Source: an uncultured Methanosarcinales archaeon
GTDB taxonomy: Archaea > Nanobdellota > Nanobdellia > Woesearchaeales > GW2011-AR9
NCBI GenBank assembly: GCA_964576385.1
Contig: CAZNUS010000001.1
Coordinates: 30,668-94,311 of the forward strand
DNA length: 63,644 nt
Direction of reading: 5' to 3'
The position numbers were made by a program, and so were the translations under genes. The notes under the pieces were generated by a model. That model searched no databases and was not told the DNA's origin. It worked only from the letters and a program-made list of their open reading frames with translations. The stretch's first letter is position 1. Each line of letters starts with the position of its first letter. Positions 26,825 to 36,548 of the stretch are shown here, piece by piece.

Positions 26825-26862
26825 TTTGATGTCCACCAGCAGCCCAAAAAGTATTATTCCGG

Positions 26863-27324
26863 TCAGAGCCTGTTGCCATTCAACTTTATCATCTCCTTTA
26901 ACAAAGGAACAAAAGGCTTGCTGCCAGAAGAGATAGGATAGCTCTCTAATTTGTGTACGGGCAACCATTCTACTTTTTCAAAAATGGCTGGTTCATTGAT
27001 GATTGGCTGACCTTGGATAATAACGATATACTTCCTCATAGTATATTCTCTTTGTTTATGGTTAATATATTTTTTTTCTCCAAGAAGATGCATACTGCTA
27101 ACAGTCACACTCTCTCCAATCTCTTCTTTAATTTCCCTTACAAGATTCTGCTGAAATTCCAATTCAGTAGGTTTCTCATAATTCTTGCAGGATTCCGGCT
27201 CAACTTTCCCACCTACTGATTCATAATGTTTTGCTTCCTTGCGGAAAAGCATAAGAACTTTGTTTTCTCTAACAATAAAAGCACCGACAACATGCTGCAT
27301 ATGTTCCACCTGATATTTTATCAT
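26863..27324 (-). CDS. NUDIX hydrolase
   Basis: A Nudix box GGKVE...LVREIKEEIGE is present, with an insertion between the G and RE-x2-EE-x-G parts. Confidence 0.75.
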   Translation of the reverse strand: MIKYQVEHMQHVVGAFIVRENKVLMLFRKEAKHYESVGGKVEPESCKNYEKPTELEFQQNLVREIKEEIGESVTVSSMHLLGEKKYINHKQREYTMRKYIVIIQGQPIINEPAIFEKVEWLPVHKLESYPISSGSKPFVPLLKEMIKLNGNRL

Positions 27325-27334
27325 TCGATATACT

Positions 27335-28738
27335 TTAAATTTTCTTTAACTCATACCCTTCCGTAGTATCGCCAACGATCCATCCTAATTTAGTAATTTC
27401 ATTCCGTAACTGGTCTGACTTAGCCCAAGCTTTATCTTTTCTAGCTTGCAATCGCTCTTCTGCTAACTGTTTTACTTTTGTTGGAATTCTTTCTTTTTTT
27501 AACTCCCCTAAGTTGAACCCAAAAATACGATCAAATTCTAGGGCTAAACAATACTTATCATGGTTGCTGAGCTGTTCATCCTTGAGAACTTCCCATAAGG
27601 TGGCGAGGGCCTGGGGAGTATTCAAATCATCATTTATTTCGTCTTTAAAGCGGGAGAGGTACTTTTGCTGCAACTCTTTGTTATCCTTCACATGCTTCGC
27701 TTTGACCTCAAGAACTTTTTCAAACAGTTTTTTGCGGGATGCTTTTGCACCCTCCATAGCTTCCCAACTGAACATCAATGGTTTGCGATAATGTGCCGTT
27801 AAGCAAAAATAACGATAATCAAGTGGGTCAAATCCTTTTCCCTCCAACGTTGCTAATGTTAAAAATCCTTCTCCTGATTTAGACATCTTTTCCTTCTCTA
27901 AAACTAAAAACTCATTATGCATCCAGAATTGAACCCATGGTTTTTTTCCGGTAAACGCTTCAGATTGGGCAATTTCATTGGTATGGTGTACTGGGATATG
28001 ATCAATGCCACCGCAATGAATGTCAAACTGCTCTCCTAGGTATTTAATAGACATGGCTGAACATTCAATGTGCCAGCCTGGATAACCTTCTTCTCCCCAA
28101 GGAGACTTCCATTTCATCTCCTGCTCTTGAAATTTTGATTTGGTAAACCATAGCACAAAATCGTGAGGATTTTTCTTGTTTTCATCTTTTTCTACCCGGG
28201 CTTTCTTGTCAGCAGACAAATCCAATTTTGCCAGTTTTCCATAATCGGGAACTTTAGAAGTATCAAAGTAAACGTTACCGCCCTTAAAATACGTAAATCC
28301 TTTTTCTTCTAACGTTTTGATCATATTTATTTGTTCAATAATATGGTCTGTCGCTCTACACCATATGCTTGGAAATAGAATATTCAATTTTTTTAGGTCC
28401 CGCTTGAACGCATCAGTATAATACTCCGCAATCTCCCATACAGTTTTATGTTCACGTTTTGCCCCTTTGAGCATTTTATCTTCGCCGGTATCAGCATCGC
28501 CTTCATTTTCGCCCGTTAAATGCCCTACATCGGTAATATTCATAACATGCTTAACTTTAAAATCGTTAAATAGAAGTGTCCTTTTTAATAGATCATCAAA
28601 TAGATATGCTCGCAGATTGCCTAGATGGGCAAAATTATAGACAGTAGGGCCGCAGGTGTATAATCCAACTTCATTCTTTTTCAGCGGTGTAAATTTTTCT
28701 TTTCTACGAGTTAATGTGGTATAGATGGTTAAGGACAT
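27335..28738 (-). CDS. cysS: cysteine--tRNA ligase
   Basis: CGPTVYNFAHLGNLR (HIGH-type), the KMSKS motif, and WHIECS zinc-site context. Confidence 0.92.
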   Translation of the reverse strand: MSLTIYTTLTRRKEKFTPLKKNEVGLYTCGPTVYNFAHLGNLRAYLFDDLLKRTLLFNDFKVKHVMNITDVGHLTGENEGDADTGEDKMLKGAKREHKTVWEIAEYYTDAFKRDLKKLNILFPSIWCRATDHIIEQINMIKTLEEKGFTYFKGGNVYFDTSKVPDYGKLAKLDLSADKKARVEKDENKKNPHDFVLWFTKSKFQEQEMKWKSPWGEEGYPGWHIECSAMSIKYLGEQFDIHCGGIDHIPVHHTNEIAQSEAFTGKKPWVQFWMHNEFLVLEKEKMSKSGEGFLTLATLEGKGFDPLDYRYFCLTAHYRKPLMFSWEAMEGAKASRKKLFEKVLEVKAKHVKDNKELQQKYLSRFKDEINDDLNTPQALATLWEVLKDEQLSNHDKYCLALEFDRIFGFNLGELKKERIPTKVKQLAEERLQARKDKAWAKSDQLRNEITKLGWIVGDTTEGYELKKI

Positions 28739-28747
28739 TTTTTAGTA

Positions 28748-30397
28748 TCACATAGGACAAACAATACTGTTTAACTCCTGGCTCCAAGTTTTTATATTTT
28801 CCGAGTAATCTATTGGACATTCAATCAATACTGGACCTTTTTCTTTAAAGGCTTTTTCTAAGGTGGGAAGTAAATCTTCTGCCTTGTTAATACGTATCCC
28901 TTTTGCGCCATACGATTGTGCATATTTAACAAAATCAGGATTATGATAGTCTAGCCCAAAATCAGCCAACCCCATAGCTTGCTGTTTCCATTTGATAAAC
29001 CCATAAGCATTATCATTCAAAATTAATACCACGATGTTTAGTCCCAGCCGTACGGCAGTTTCCAATTCTTGAGAATTCATCATAAAGCCCCCATCTCCGA
29101 CGACGGCAAGGACATTTTTATGAGGGTTAATCATTTTTGCTGCCATCGCTGAAGGTAATCCTGCCCCCATAGTTGCTAAGGCATTATCTAATAGAAAAGT
29201 ACCTATTTCATAAGTTGGATAATGGCGGGAAAACCATAATTTATACACTCCATTATCTAAACAGATAATATCATCTTTTCTTAATGATTTTCTGCAATCC
29301 GCAACAATGCGGCGTGGCCTTAGCGGGTAGTGTGCCTCATGTATACCTTGAACAAACAGTTTTTGCTCTAATTCCTTCTTTATTTTTTCTTCGTATTTCC
29401 CATCATAGCGGTACTCTTGTAAATGCTGCCGTAGTTGTGTTAGTGAATGAGCAATATCGCCTATTAATTCTTGAACCGGAGCATAATAGATATCATTTTC
29501 TGCAGGAGTAAAATCTAGGTGTATTATTTTTTTCTCTAATTTTGGATTCCACACGCTTGGAGGATATTCCGATGGAGAATACCCTATGGTGATAATGAGA
29601 TCGGCTCTGTCAACAATACAATGAACATAATCTTTCTTATGAATCCCAAAAGCATGAAGTGAATTTTTATGAGTATCGCTAAAGACTCCTTTTCCTAGTT
29701 GAGTATGAACAACATAAATATTGGTTTGTTCGCAAAATTGAAGTAAGCTTTCTTTTACTAACTTGCGTTGAGCTCTGCTAGAAAGGATAATCAAGGGGTT
29801 CTTGGCAGCTTTTATCATCTCTGCAGTATTCATTATGGCTTTAAGATCAGCAACTGGGCGGCGGATTTTTAGTGCCGGATGCGGGGAAATATGCTCTAAC
29901 CATTTTTCTGATGCTATATCTTCTGGTAATTCTATATGGCATGCTCCTTGCCGTTCAGTAGTAGCAGTTTTAAACGCAGTCCTTATTTCTTTAGGGATAT
30001 CAAGATACGTATTTATACGCGTAGACCGTTTGGTAATCGGTTTCATTAAATGAACTATATCAATTACTTGAAAATTGGCTTGTTTGTTTTCCCTAATCCC
30101 TTTCTGTCCAGTTATTGCTATGAGGGGCATACCTCCTAGCTGTGCATGGGCAATTCCCGTAACTAAATTTGTTGCGCCAGGACCTAACGTAGAAAGACAA
30201 ATTCCGGGCTTGCCAGTAAGCCTACCATAGGTAGCAGCCATAAATGCGGAAGCTTGCTCATGGCGGTTAACGATAAGCTTTATTTTAGATTTTCTAATAC
30301 TCTCCAGAAGCTGTAAATTCTCCTCTCCAGGCAATCCAAATATATATTCTACCTTTTCCTCTTCCAGACATTTTACAAATAGATCCGCAGCGTTCAT
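28748..30397 (-). CDS. thiamine-diphosphate enzyme, acetolactate synthase large subunit-like
   Basis: The N-terminus is AADLFVKCLEEEKVEYIFGLPGEEN. GGMPLIAITGQ is present, as is the ThDP motif GDGGFMMNSQELETAVR...NDN. Confidence 0.75.
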   Translation of the reverse strand: MNAADLFVKCLEEEKVEYIFGLPGEENLQLLESIRKSKIKLIVNRHEQASAFMAATYGRLTGKPGICLSTLGPGATNLVTGIAHAQLGGMPLIAITGQKGIRENKQANFQVIDIVHLMKPITKRSTRINTYLDIPKEIRTAFKTATTERQGACHIELPEDIASEKWLEHISPHPALKIRRPVADLKAIMNTAEMIKAAKNPLIILSSRAQRKLVKESLLQFCEQTNIYVVHTQLGKGVFSDTHKNSLHAFGIHKKDYVHCIVDRADLIITIGYSPSEYPPSVWNPKLEKKIIHLDFTPAENDIYYAPVQELIGDIAHSLTQLRQHLQEYRYDGKYEEKIKKELEQKLFVQGIHEAHYPLRPRRIVADCRKSLRKDDIICLDNGVYKLWFSRHYPTYEIGTFLLDNALATMGAGLPSAMAAKMINPHKNVLAVVGDGGFMMNSQELETAVRLGLNIVVLILNDNAYGFIKWKQQAMGLADFGLDYHNPDFVKYAQSYGAKGIRINKAEDLLPTLEKAFKEKGPVLIECPIDYSENIKTWSQELNSIVCPM

Positions 30398-30461
30398 TTT
30401 TTATTTTTAATATTCCTCAATATTTTTTTAAGATGTCTTTGAAAAACTATTCCAACTTCTC

Positions 30462-30556
30462 TTATAGTAAATTGCAAAAATAATGGAACTTTTTATGTGC
30501 AATTTACTATTTAGCAAATCTCACAAATGTTCAATAATTAATGAGATTTGCTATTA
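30462..30556. repeat. double-hairpin element, family C copy 1 (95 bp)
   Basis: AGTAAATTGCA...TGCAATTTACT is followed by TAGCAAATCTCA...TGAGATTTGCTA. I read it as identical at all 95 positions to 47177-47271. Confidence 0.9.
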
Positions 30557-30617
30557 TTATAAAATTATAACCTAATATGATCAGGTTATGATCCAGTTCC
30601 TTGTAATAGGATAAAAT

Positions 30618-31979
30618 TTAATAAACATTTATCGCTTTGATATTAACAAATTCTTTTAATCCATAATGGGATAATTCCCTGCCTAACCCGCTCTGCTTGA
30701 TTCCGCCAAAAGGCATTCTGGGATCAGACTTAACGATGGAATTAATAAACACAGCTCCACACTCTAACTCCCGAGCAATTTTTTCTGCTTTATCTAAATC
30801 CTTACTCCAAATACTTCCGCCTAAACCAAATTCAGTATTGTTGGCTAGTCTTACTGCTTCTTTTTCATTTTTGAAAATGATCACTGGGGCAATCGGTCCA
30901 AAAACTTCTTCGGAAAATACCTTCATGGATTCCTGTACATTAGTTAAGATAGTTGGTTGGAAGAAGAAACCTTTAGGCAGGCGTTTTCCTCCATAACATA
31001 GTTTGGCTCCATTTTTGATGGCATCTTCTACAACCTTCTCCATTTCTAGAACTGCAGCAGAATCTATCAACGGTCCAATGTCAGTATCTTCTTGTAAAGG
31101 ATCGCCTAATTTTTTATGTGATAGGTAATCATTAAATTTTTCCAAAAAGGCGGCACTTATTTTTTCTGAAACGATAAATCTCTTGGCGGCAATACAGCTT
31201 TGCCCACAGTTCTGCATCCGTCCTTGGACTGCTCCTTTAGCTGCTAAATCGATATCTGCGTCCTCTAAAACGATTAATGGATCAGAGCCCCCCAGTTCTA
31301 ACAACACTTTTTTTAGATGTCTCCCGGCTGTCTCTGCAATCTTTTTTCCAGCATTAGTGCTTCCCGTCAAGGAAACACCTGCAACCGATGGAGATGATAA
31401 GATATAATCTATAGCATTGTGTTCAATAATGATCGTTTTAAACAAATGTTTGGGAAATCCTGCTTCCAGAAAAAGCTGTTCAATCTCTAATGCCGATCCT
31501 GTAACTGCCCGGGCATGTTTAAGCAGTATGGTGTTTCCAGCCATCATGGTAGGGATGGCAAAACGAAGCACCTGCCAGAATGGAAAGTTCCAAGGCATTA
31601 TACCTAAAATGATGCCTAATGGCTCAAAAATAACTGCATGTTTTTTTCCATCGGCAGAAACAATTTCTTCATGGAGCCAGTGTGCAGAATGTTGTGCATA
31701 AACTTCTGCGGTCCATGCGCATTTTTCAACTTCTGCTCTCCCTTCCTTAACGGGCTTGCCCATTTCCGTAGCCATTAGGATGGCATATTTGTCCTTATTT
31801 TTTCTTAACACTTTTGCTAACTGTACAAAATATGTTGATCGTTGGCTTAATGAACTGTCTTTCCAGTGAAGGAAGGCTTGATGTGATTCCTGAATGATAT
31901 GGTTTACCTTTTCTTGCGCCATAGTACTATATTCAGCAATAACTTCTTCCGTAGCAGGGTTAATGGTAGTAAATTTCAT
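30618..31979 (-). CDS. NAD(P)-dependent aldehyde dehydrogenase (succinate-semialdehyde dehydrogenase-like)
   Basis: ELGGSDP, catalytic Cys context NCGQSCIAAKRF and FGPIAPV; 453 aa. Confidence 0.8.
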   Translation of the reverse strand: MKFTTINPATEEVIAEYSTMAQEKVNHIIQESHQAFLHWKDSSLSQRSTYFVQLAKVLRKNKDKYAILMATEMGKPVKEGRAEVEKCAWTAEVYAQHSAHWLHEEIVSADGKKHAVIFEPLGIILGIMPWNFPFWQVLRFAIPTMMAGNTILLKHARAVTGSALEIEQLFLEAGFPKHLFKTIIIEHNAIDYILSSPSVAGVSLTGSTNAGKKIAETAGRHLKKVLLELGGSDPLIVLEDADIDLAAKGAVQGRMQNCGQSCIAAKRFIVSEKISAAFLEKFNDYLSHKKLGDPLQEDTDIGPLIDSAAVLEMEKVVEDAIKNGAKLCYGGKRLPKGFFFQPTILTNVQESMKVFSEEVFGPIAPVIIFKNEKEAVRLANNTEFGLGGSIWSKDLDKAEKIARELECGAVFINSIVKSDPRMPFGGIKQSGLGRELSHYGLKEFVNIKAINVY

Positions 31980-31991
31980 AGGTATTCCTTA

Positions 31992-32116
31992 AGAGAAGTT
32001 TGAAAAATAGTAATTTTGGCAAATTAACTCTTATTTTACGCCAAAATTATGGCTATTTCAAATTCTCTTTAGAACTTTGCATATGATCTATTGAATTTTG
32101 CAAAGTTCTCTTAAGC
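31992..32116. repeat. double-hairpin element, family D copy 1 (125 bp)
   Basis: TTTGAAAAATAGTAATTTTGGC...GCCAAAATTATGGCTATTTCAAA is followed by AGAACTTTGCA...TGCAAAGTTCT. It matches 41995-42176 apart from a 58-bp insertion in the latter. Confidence 0.9.
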
Positions 32117-32186
32117 TATTTTCAATTTAATATAATTTACGTTATTGCCTGGTAAGATAGTTTCACGCATTTTTCTGATTCTTAGG

Positions 32187-32798
32187 CTAATTTTTAATTA
32201 TTTCTGCTTCCTTTAAACTATCTTCCACCAATTGAAAGTTGATATTTTCCAGTTCTTTCCCTATTTCATTAGGATCTGATTTAGTTGCCGGATGCTTCGG
32301 CCCTAGCAGACAGCAGATCTCCGGTCCAGCAGAGGTATCATACGTGCCTATTTCCTTGGCGATTTTTATGATTTCTACTTTGTCGAAAGTTAATACTGGC
32401 CGAAATATTTCCAAGGAAACATGCTTAGTGATGGTCACTAAGTTGCTTAACGTTTGGCTACTTACCTGGGCAAGATTTTCCCCGGTGATAAGATATTCTG
32501 CCTTTTCTTTTTTTGCAATAATTTCCGCGGCCTTCATCATCAGAATTTTTGATAAAATAAAATAATCCTTATGGTTGCATTTTTTAGTTATTTCCGTTAA
32601 CACTTTAGTAAAGGGGATAAGATACACTTTGCTAAGCTCAAGTATTTTTACCAATTCCTTAACTTTATCTAATTCCTTTTCATCAGTTAAAGGCATCTGG
32701 TGAAAATGGACAGGAATTACTTCTAGCCGTTTCTGCATTAAATGTATCGCTACCGGAGAATCAATTCCTCCGCTAAGTAAAGCCACCGCTTTTTCCAT
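32187..32798 (-). CDS. stand-alone PP-loop ATP pyrophosphatase domain, ThiI-like (tRNA 4-thiouridine synthase C-terminal domain)
   Basis: The PP-loop is AVALLSGGIDSPVA. At 203 aa it lacks the NFLD/THUMP N-terminal domains of full-length ThiI. Confidence 0.6.
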   Translation of the reverse strand: MEKAVALLSGGIDSPVAIHLMQKRLEVIPVHFHQMPLTDEKELDKVKELVKILELSKVYLIPFTKVLTEITKKCNHKDYFILSKILMMKAAEIIAKKEKAEYLITGENLAQVSSQTLSNLVTITKHVSLEIFRPVLTFDKVEIIKIAKEIGTYDTSAGPEICCLLGPKHPATKSDPNEIGKELENINFQLVEDSLKEAEIIKN

Positions 32799-32879
32799 GT
32801 TATGAAAAACATAAAAGGAGTTAATAAATATTGTGGACTATTTCTTCAAAGAATTACTTGATCACTAGTACTCAAAGCA

Positions 32880-32910
32880 GTACGTGTTTAGTTAGATGGC
32901 CAACTAAATA
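32880..32910. repeat. minimal family B element (31 bp; the two termini fused with no interior)
   Basis: GTACGTGTTTAGTTAGATGGCCAACTAAATA is the B 5' terminus joined directly to the B 3' terminus through the shared GGCC. Confidence 0.8.
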
Positions 32911-32993
32911 TCTCTCAAAAGGATATAACCTGTTAAAATTGGTGTAAAATTACACCAAAACTGTTTTATACTATTCTGAAAGACCCTCATCCA

Positions 32994-33887
32994 ATGAAAA
33001 AACAGAATACCTCCTGTTCTGTAAATAATAGAAGAGTATTTGAGCAGAAATTATTATCATGGTATTCTTCTCAACAGCGGGATCTCCCTTGGAGGAAAAC
33101 AGAAAACCCTTACCAGATACTAATTTCAGAAGTCATGCTCCAGCAGACACAGGTGGACCGAGTTATCCCTAAATATTTAGCCTTTCTAAATAGATTTCCC
33201 GATGTCCAATCTTTAGCTTCTTCTTCTGGAGGAGAAGTAATCAAGATATGGAGCGGGTTGGGATATAATAGACGAGCCATAAAATTGCATGAATGCGCTC
33301 AGGCTGTCATGCAGAATTACTCTGGGAAATTTCCGGAATCAATCGAACAATTGCAGCAATTGCCCGGAATCGGCCCGTATACTGCAGCAGCTATCATGGC
33401 TTTTGCTTATAATAGACCCGCGTTAGTTATTGATACCAATATTCGGCGTGTTTTCTTTAGGATGTTCTTAGGTCAAGAAGACTTGCTGCCTACATTGCCA
33501 TCAACCATTAACGGACATATCTCTCAACATAGGAGCCGAGATTACCATAACGCGTTGATGGATTTTGGAGCGGCGATCTGCACAGCCCGATCTCCCAAAT
33601 GTGAATCTTGCATGTTCTCTGATCAGTGCGTTTCTTTCAAAAAATACAGTAAAACAGAAATGGAAACCATGGCCTCAACTATCTTTAAGACGAAACAAAG
33701 CAAATTTGAAGGTTCAAATAGATACTACCGCAGCCTAGTTTTAAAAGAAGTACAAAAGAAAAATGGAATTTTTATGGCTGAATTAGAGAAGGTTATGCCA
33801 AAAGATAAGGAAATTCAAAATATCCTTCATCAGCTATCCAAAGATAAACTCATTATCCAGAAGGAAGGGAGAGTTTTTCTTCCATAA
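32994..33887 (+). CDS. HhH-GPD DNA glycosylase with a 4Fe-4S cluster, MutY/Nth-like (no NUDIX-type C-terminal domain recognised)
   Basis: LPWRKTENPYQILISEVMLQQTQV, the HhH LPGIGPYTAAAI, and an exact C-x6-C-x2-C-x5-C (CTARSPKCESCMFSDQC). Confidence 0.8.
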   Translation: MKKQNTSCSVNNRRVFEQKLLSWYSSQQRDLPWRKTENPYQILISEVMLQQTQVDRVIPKYLAFLNRFPDVQSLASSSGGEVIKIWSGLGYNRRAIKLHECAQAVMQNYSGKFPESIEQLQQLPGIGPYTAAAIMAFAYNRPALVIDTNIRRVFFRMFLGQEDLLPTLPSTINGHISQHRSRDYHNALMDFGAAICTARSPKCESCMFSDQCVSFKKYSKTEMETMASTIFKTKQSKFEGSNRYYRSLVLKEVQKKNGIFMAELEKVMPKDKEIQNILHQLSKDKLIIQKEGRVFLP

Positions 33888-33894
33888 TCCTCAA

Positions 33895-33962
33895 ATTATG
33901 CAAAAAATTTCGCTGGGTTTAAAAGCCCGCTCTTCAGAGTGAAATTTTTCTATCCTAAAAAT
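33895..33962. repeat. family F1-like hairpin (copy c; conserved ends, different interior)
   Basis: ATTATGCAAAAAATTTC...GAAATTTTTCTATCCTAAAAAT shares the ends ATTATGCAAAAAAT and TCCTAAAAAT with 38066-38146 and 52438-52518. Confidence 0.65.
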
Positions 33963-34270
33963 ACGATCTCTCTAAAGGAAGCTAGAAAGGGGATTAATAA
34001 TTAGTGCCAATAGTAAGAATAGTTGAAAGTCTAGTTAAAGAGATAATAAAGAAGTTTTCTAAAGCTGAAACTAACAAGATCATCGACCTAATGGAAACTC
34101 TCGAAATTAATCTTAATAAAGGTAAATTTCTCAATTTATTTAGAGGAATAGTGATTAAAGAGTTAAGGCACATATTACTAACGGTTGAGGCAGAAGGATT
34201 TGAGTGACTATTTCTAACAAATTGGTAGTTCATTAAAAAAACTTAAATACCATAGTAGATTAATCTATGT

Positions 34271-36253
34271 ATGAAAAAAATAACCAGGTGTTTTTTGTTC
34301 TTATTCACCATATTGTTTACAACACCTTTAGTTTTAGCTCAAAATCTCTACCAGCAGGACTCTCTTCAACTAGAATTATCTGTTAAAAGTGGATTTGAAC
34401 TTGTTCCAGAAACGACTGCATCATCGGTAAAAGATGTTTCTGTCCAGCTGCTCCTATTTCCCAGCGATGATTTTAGGCAAAAGATCACAAAGCTTGAAGC
34501 AGATCAGTTTGGCGCTACAAATAAAATAGAGAAGGATAAAATAATCTACACCTGGGAAAATCCCTTGTTAAAAGGTTACAACTTCGGGTATCGGGCGTTG
34601 ATCAATAATAATAATGGGAGAGTAGAAGTAAGCAAAAAAATAAATTTTCCATTAAGTAATCTGGAAGGCCAAGAAGCGTATACATTACCAACAGGAAAAA
34701 TTGACTCTGCCAACCCTAAAATAATTGCTAAAGCAACAGAACTAGCAGCTGGAGAAGATGATTTATTCTCGGTAGTGTTTAACCTAGCTAACTGGGTTAG
34801 TCAAAATATTGACTATAATTTAAATGAATTAACAACTAATGTAGCTCAGCCGGCTAGTTGGGTGCTGGAAAATAAACAGGGAGTATGCGATGAAATGACT
34901 TCTTTGTTTGTAGCTATGTGCCGTTCTTTAGGTATTCCTGCTAAATTTGTTTCAGGGATATCTTATACAGAAAATAAGCAGGTTCTTGCTGCTTTAGGCA
35001 AGAATTGGGCTGGGCACGGATGGGCAGAAGTTTATTTTCCAACCATTGGCTGGGTAAGTTTTGATATTGCTTTTGATGAGTATGGCTATATTGATGTAAC
35101 TCATATCAAATTACGTGAATCGCTTGATCCTGACGATCCTGCAACTAAATTTGAATGGCTTGCCAACAATGTTAACCTAACAACAGAAAAATTAGAATTA
35201 GATGTGGACGTTTTACAGCAAGGACAGTTTGTACCGGAAGAAATTCAATTAGAGCAGGAAATACTATCTAAATCAGTTTCCTTTGGTAGTTATAATTTAG
35301 TTAAAGGCATCCTTAAAAACACTGCAAATCACTATACTGCAACTACTCTTAGTTTAGCCGCACCTCAGGAAGTGGAGATCATTGGAAGAAATAAAAGAAC
35401 TGTTTTACTTGCTCCTCGAGAAGTACGGGAAACGTACTGGATAATTAACGTAGCAGAAAAACTAGAGCAAGATTACTGGTATACTTTTCCTATGGTGATG
35501 TACTCTGAAAAAAATATATCAGTGAATGATGAATTTATTGCTAAAACTGGAGAAAGCATGTACTCCCTTCAAGAGATAGAAGATCTTACAGTAGTTGATG
35601 AAAGAAAATCTTACTCTAGAAAAGTATTCTTTGACTGCAATTATCCTCGGGAAGTTAAGCCAAAAGAACAAAATGTATTTTCATGTACCATCCAAAACAT
35701 AGGTTCTGAAAATTTAAAGAACACTCACTATTGCCTTGATGATTCTTGTGAAGTAATAGACTTAAATGCTGGTGATCAAAAAGAGCAAAAGATAACTATT
35801 TCAGAAGAGAAAATAGGCTGGCATCATCTTATCGTTAGCGCAGAAAATGAGCTGATAGAGAAGAAATCAGCCCTTTCCTTCGTCGTTTTAGATGAGCCAG
35901 ACATTGATATTCTCGTAGACGTTCCTAAGATAGTTCCATTTGGTAAAGATATCCTTATGGGGTTAACTATCAAGAAAAGTTCTTTTAGCACACCTAAAAG
36001 ATTAGTTCTTACCTTAAATGGGTTGGGAATAGAGCAGCGTTGGGAGATTGATGAACTTCTCAATGAACAAGAATTAGAGATAACTATTCCTGGCAGCAGG
36101 TTAATGAAAAATAATGTACTGATTATCAATGCAGTTTGGCAGGGGCAGGCAGAATCATTTTCTCAAGAGATAAACATACAAGGGACATCTGGCAGCTTTA
36201 TTGAATCCCTGAATATGTTTTTGAATAGAATTTTAGCTTTTTTTGAAGGATAA
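34271..36253 (+). CDS. secreted transglutaminase-like cysteine protease domain protein
   Basis: A Sec signal peptide is present. The Cys/His/Asp triad context is QGVCDEMTSLFVAMCRSLGIPAKFVSG, GHGWAEVYF and WVSFD. The C-terminal region is long and beta-rich. Confidence 0.8.
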   Translation: MKKITRCFLFLFTILFTTPLVLAQNLYQQDSLQLELSVKSGFELVPETTASSVKDVSVQLLLFPSDDFRQKITKLEADQFGATNKIEKDKIIYTWENPLLKGYNFGYRALINNNNGRVEVSKKINFPLSNLEGQEAYTLPTGKIDSANPKIIAKATELAAGEDDLFSVVFNLANWVSQNIDYNLNELTTNVAQPASWVLENKQGVCDEMTSLFVAMCRSLGIPAKFVSGISYTENKQVLAALGKNWAGHGWAEVYFPTIGWVSFDIAFDEYGYIDVTHIKLRESLDPDDPATKFEWLANNVNLTTEKLELDVDVLQQGQFVPEEIQLEQEILSKSVSFGSYNLVKGILKNTANHYTATTLSLAAPQEVEIIGRNKRTVLLAPREVRETYWIINVAEKLEQDYWYTFPMVMYSEKNISVNDEFIAKTGESMYSLQEIEDLTVVDERKSYSRKVFFDCNYPREVKPKEQNVFSCTIQNIGSENLKNTHYCLDDSCEVIDLNAGDQKEQKITISEEKIGWHHLIVSAENELIEKKSALSFVVLDEPDIDILVDVPKIVPFGKDILMGLTIKKSSFSTPKRLVLTLNGLGIEQRWEIDELLNEQELEITIPGSRLMKNNVLIINAVWQGQAESFSQEINIQGTSGSFIESLNMFLNRILAFFEG

Positions 36254-36313
36254 TCAGTTATTTAATTTGGTAGTAAGTTAGAAAATATAAAAAAAATAAA
36301 AAGAAGAAATAAA

Positions 36314-36358
36314 TTATTTCTTCTTCTTTCCTTTCTTAGTTGCTTTTTTCTTAGCCAT
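36314..36358 (-). CDS. candidate micro-ORF: 14-aa poly-Lys peptide
   Basis: My translation is MAKKKATKKGKKKK. A strong SD AGAGGTGA lies 5 nt upstream. The 3' half overlaps a perfect palindrome GAAGAAATAA/TTATTTCTTC. It could be fortuitous. Confidence 0.2.
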   Translation of the reverse strand: MAKKKATKKGKKKK

Positions 36359-36548
36359 GATATCACCTCTTTAAAAAATAAGAAAGATGTTGAAGTTTTT
36401 AAACGTTTCTTTTTTGATATTTTTTATTTTATCTAATTTTCAAATTCTTTATTTTTTTTAACAAGATTATCAGTAAACTGATGAAGTGATATATTAGTGC
36501 ATAATGAGGTAGAAATGTTTAAAAATAAAGAATCATTTTAATCTCTTT

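Noticed and set aside
34004-34207. A 67-aa GTG-initiated ORF with a faint RelE/ParE-like segment (GKFLNLFRGIVIKELR)
   Set aside because: The similarity is too weak. There is no partner antitoxin ORF and no RBS, and an equally long ORF exists on the opposite strand. It could be a toxin relic, but I cannot support that.
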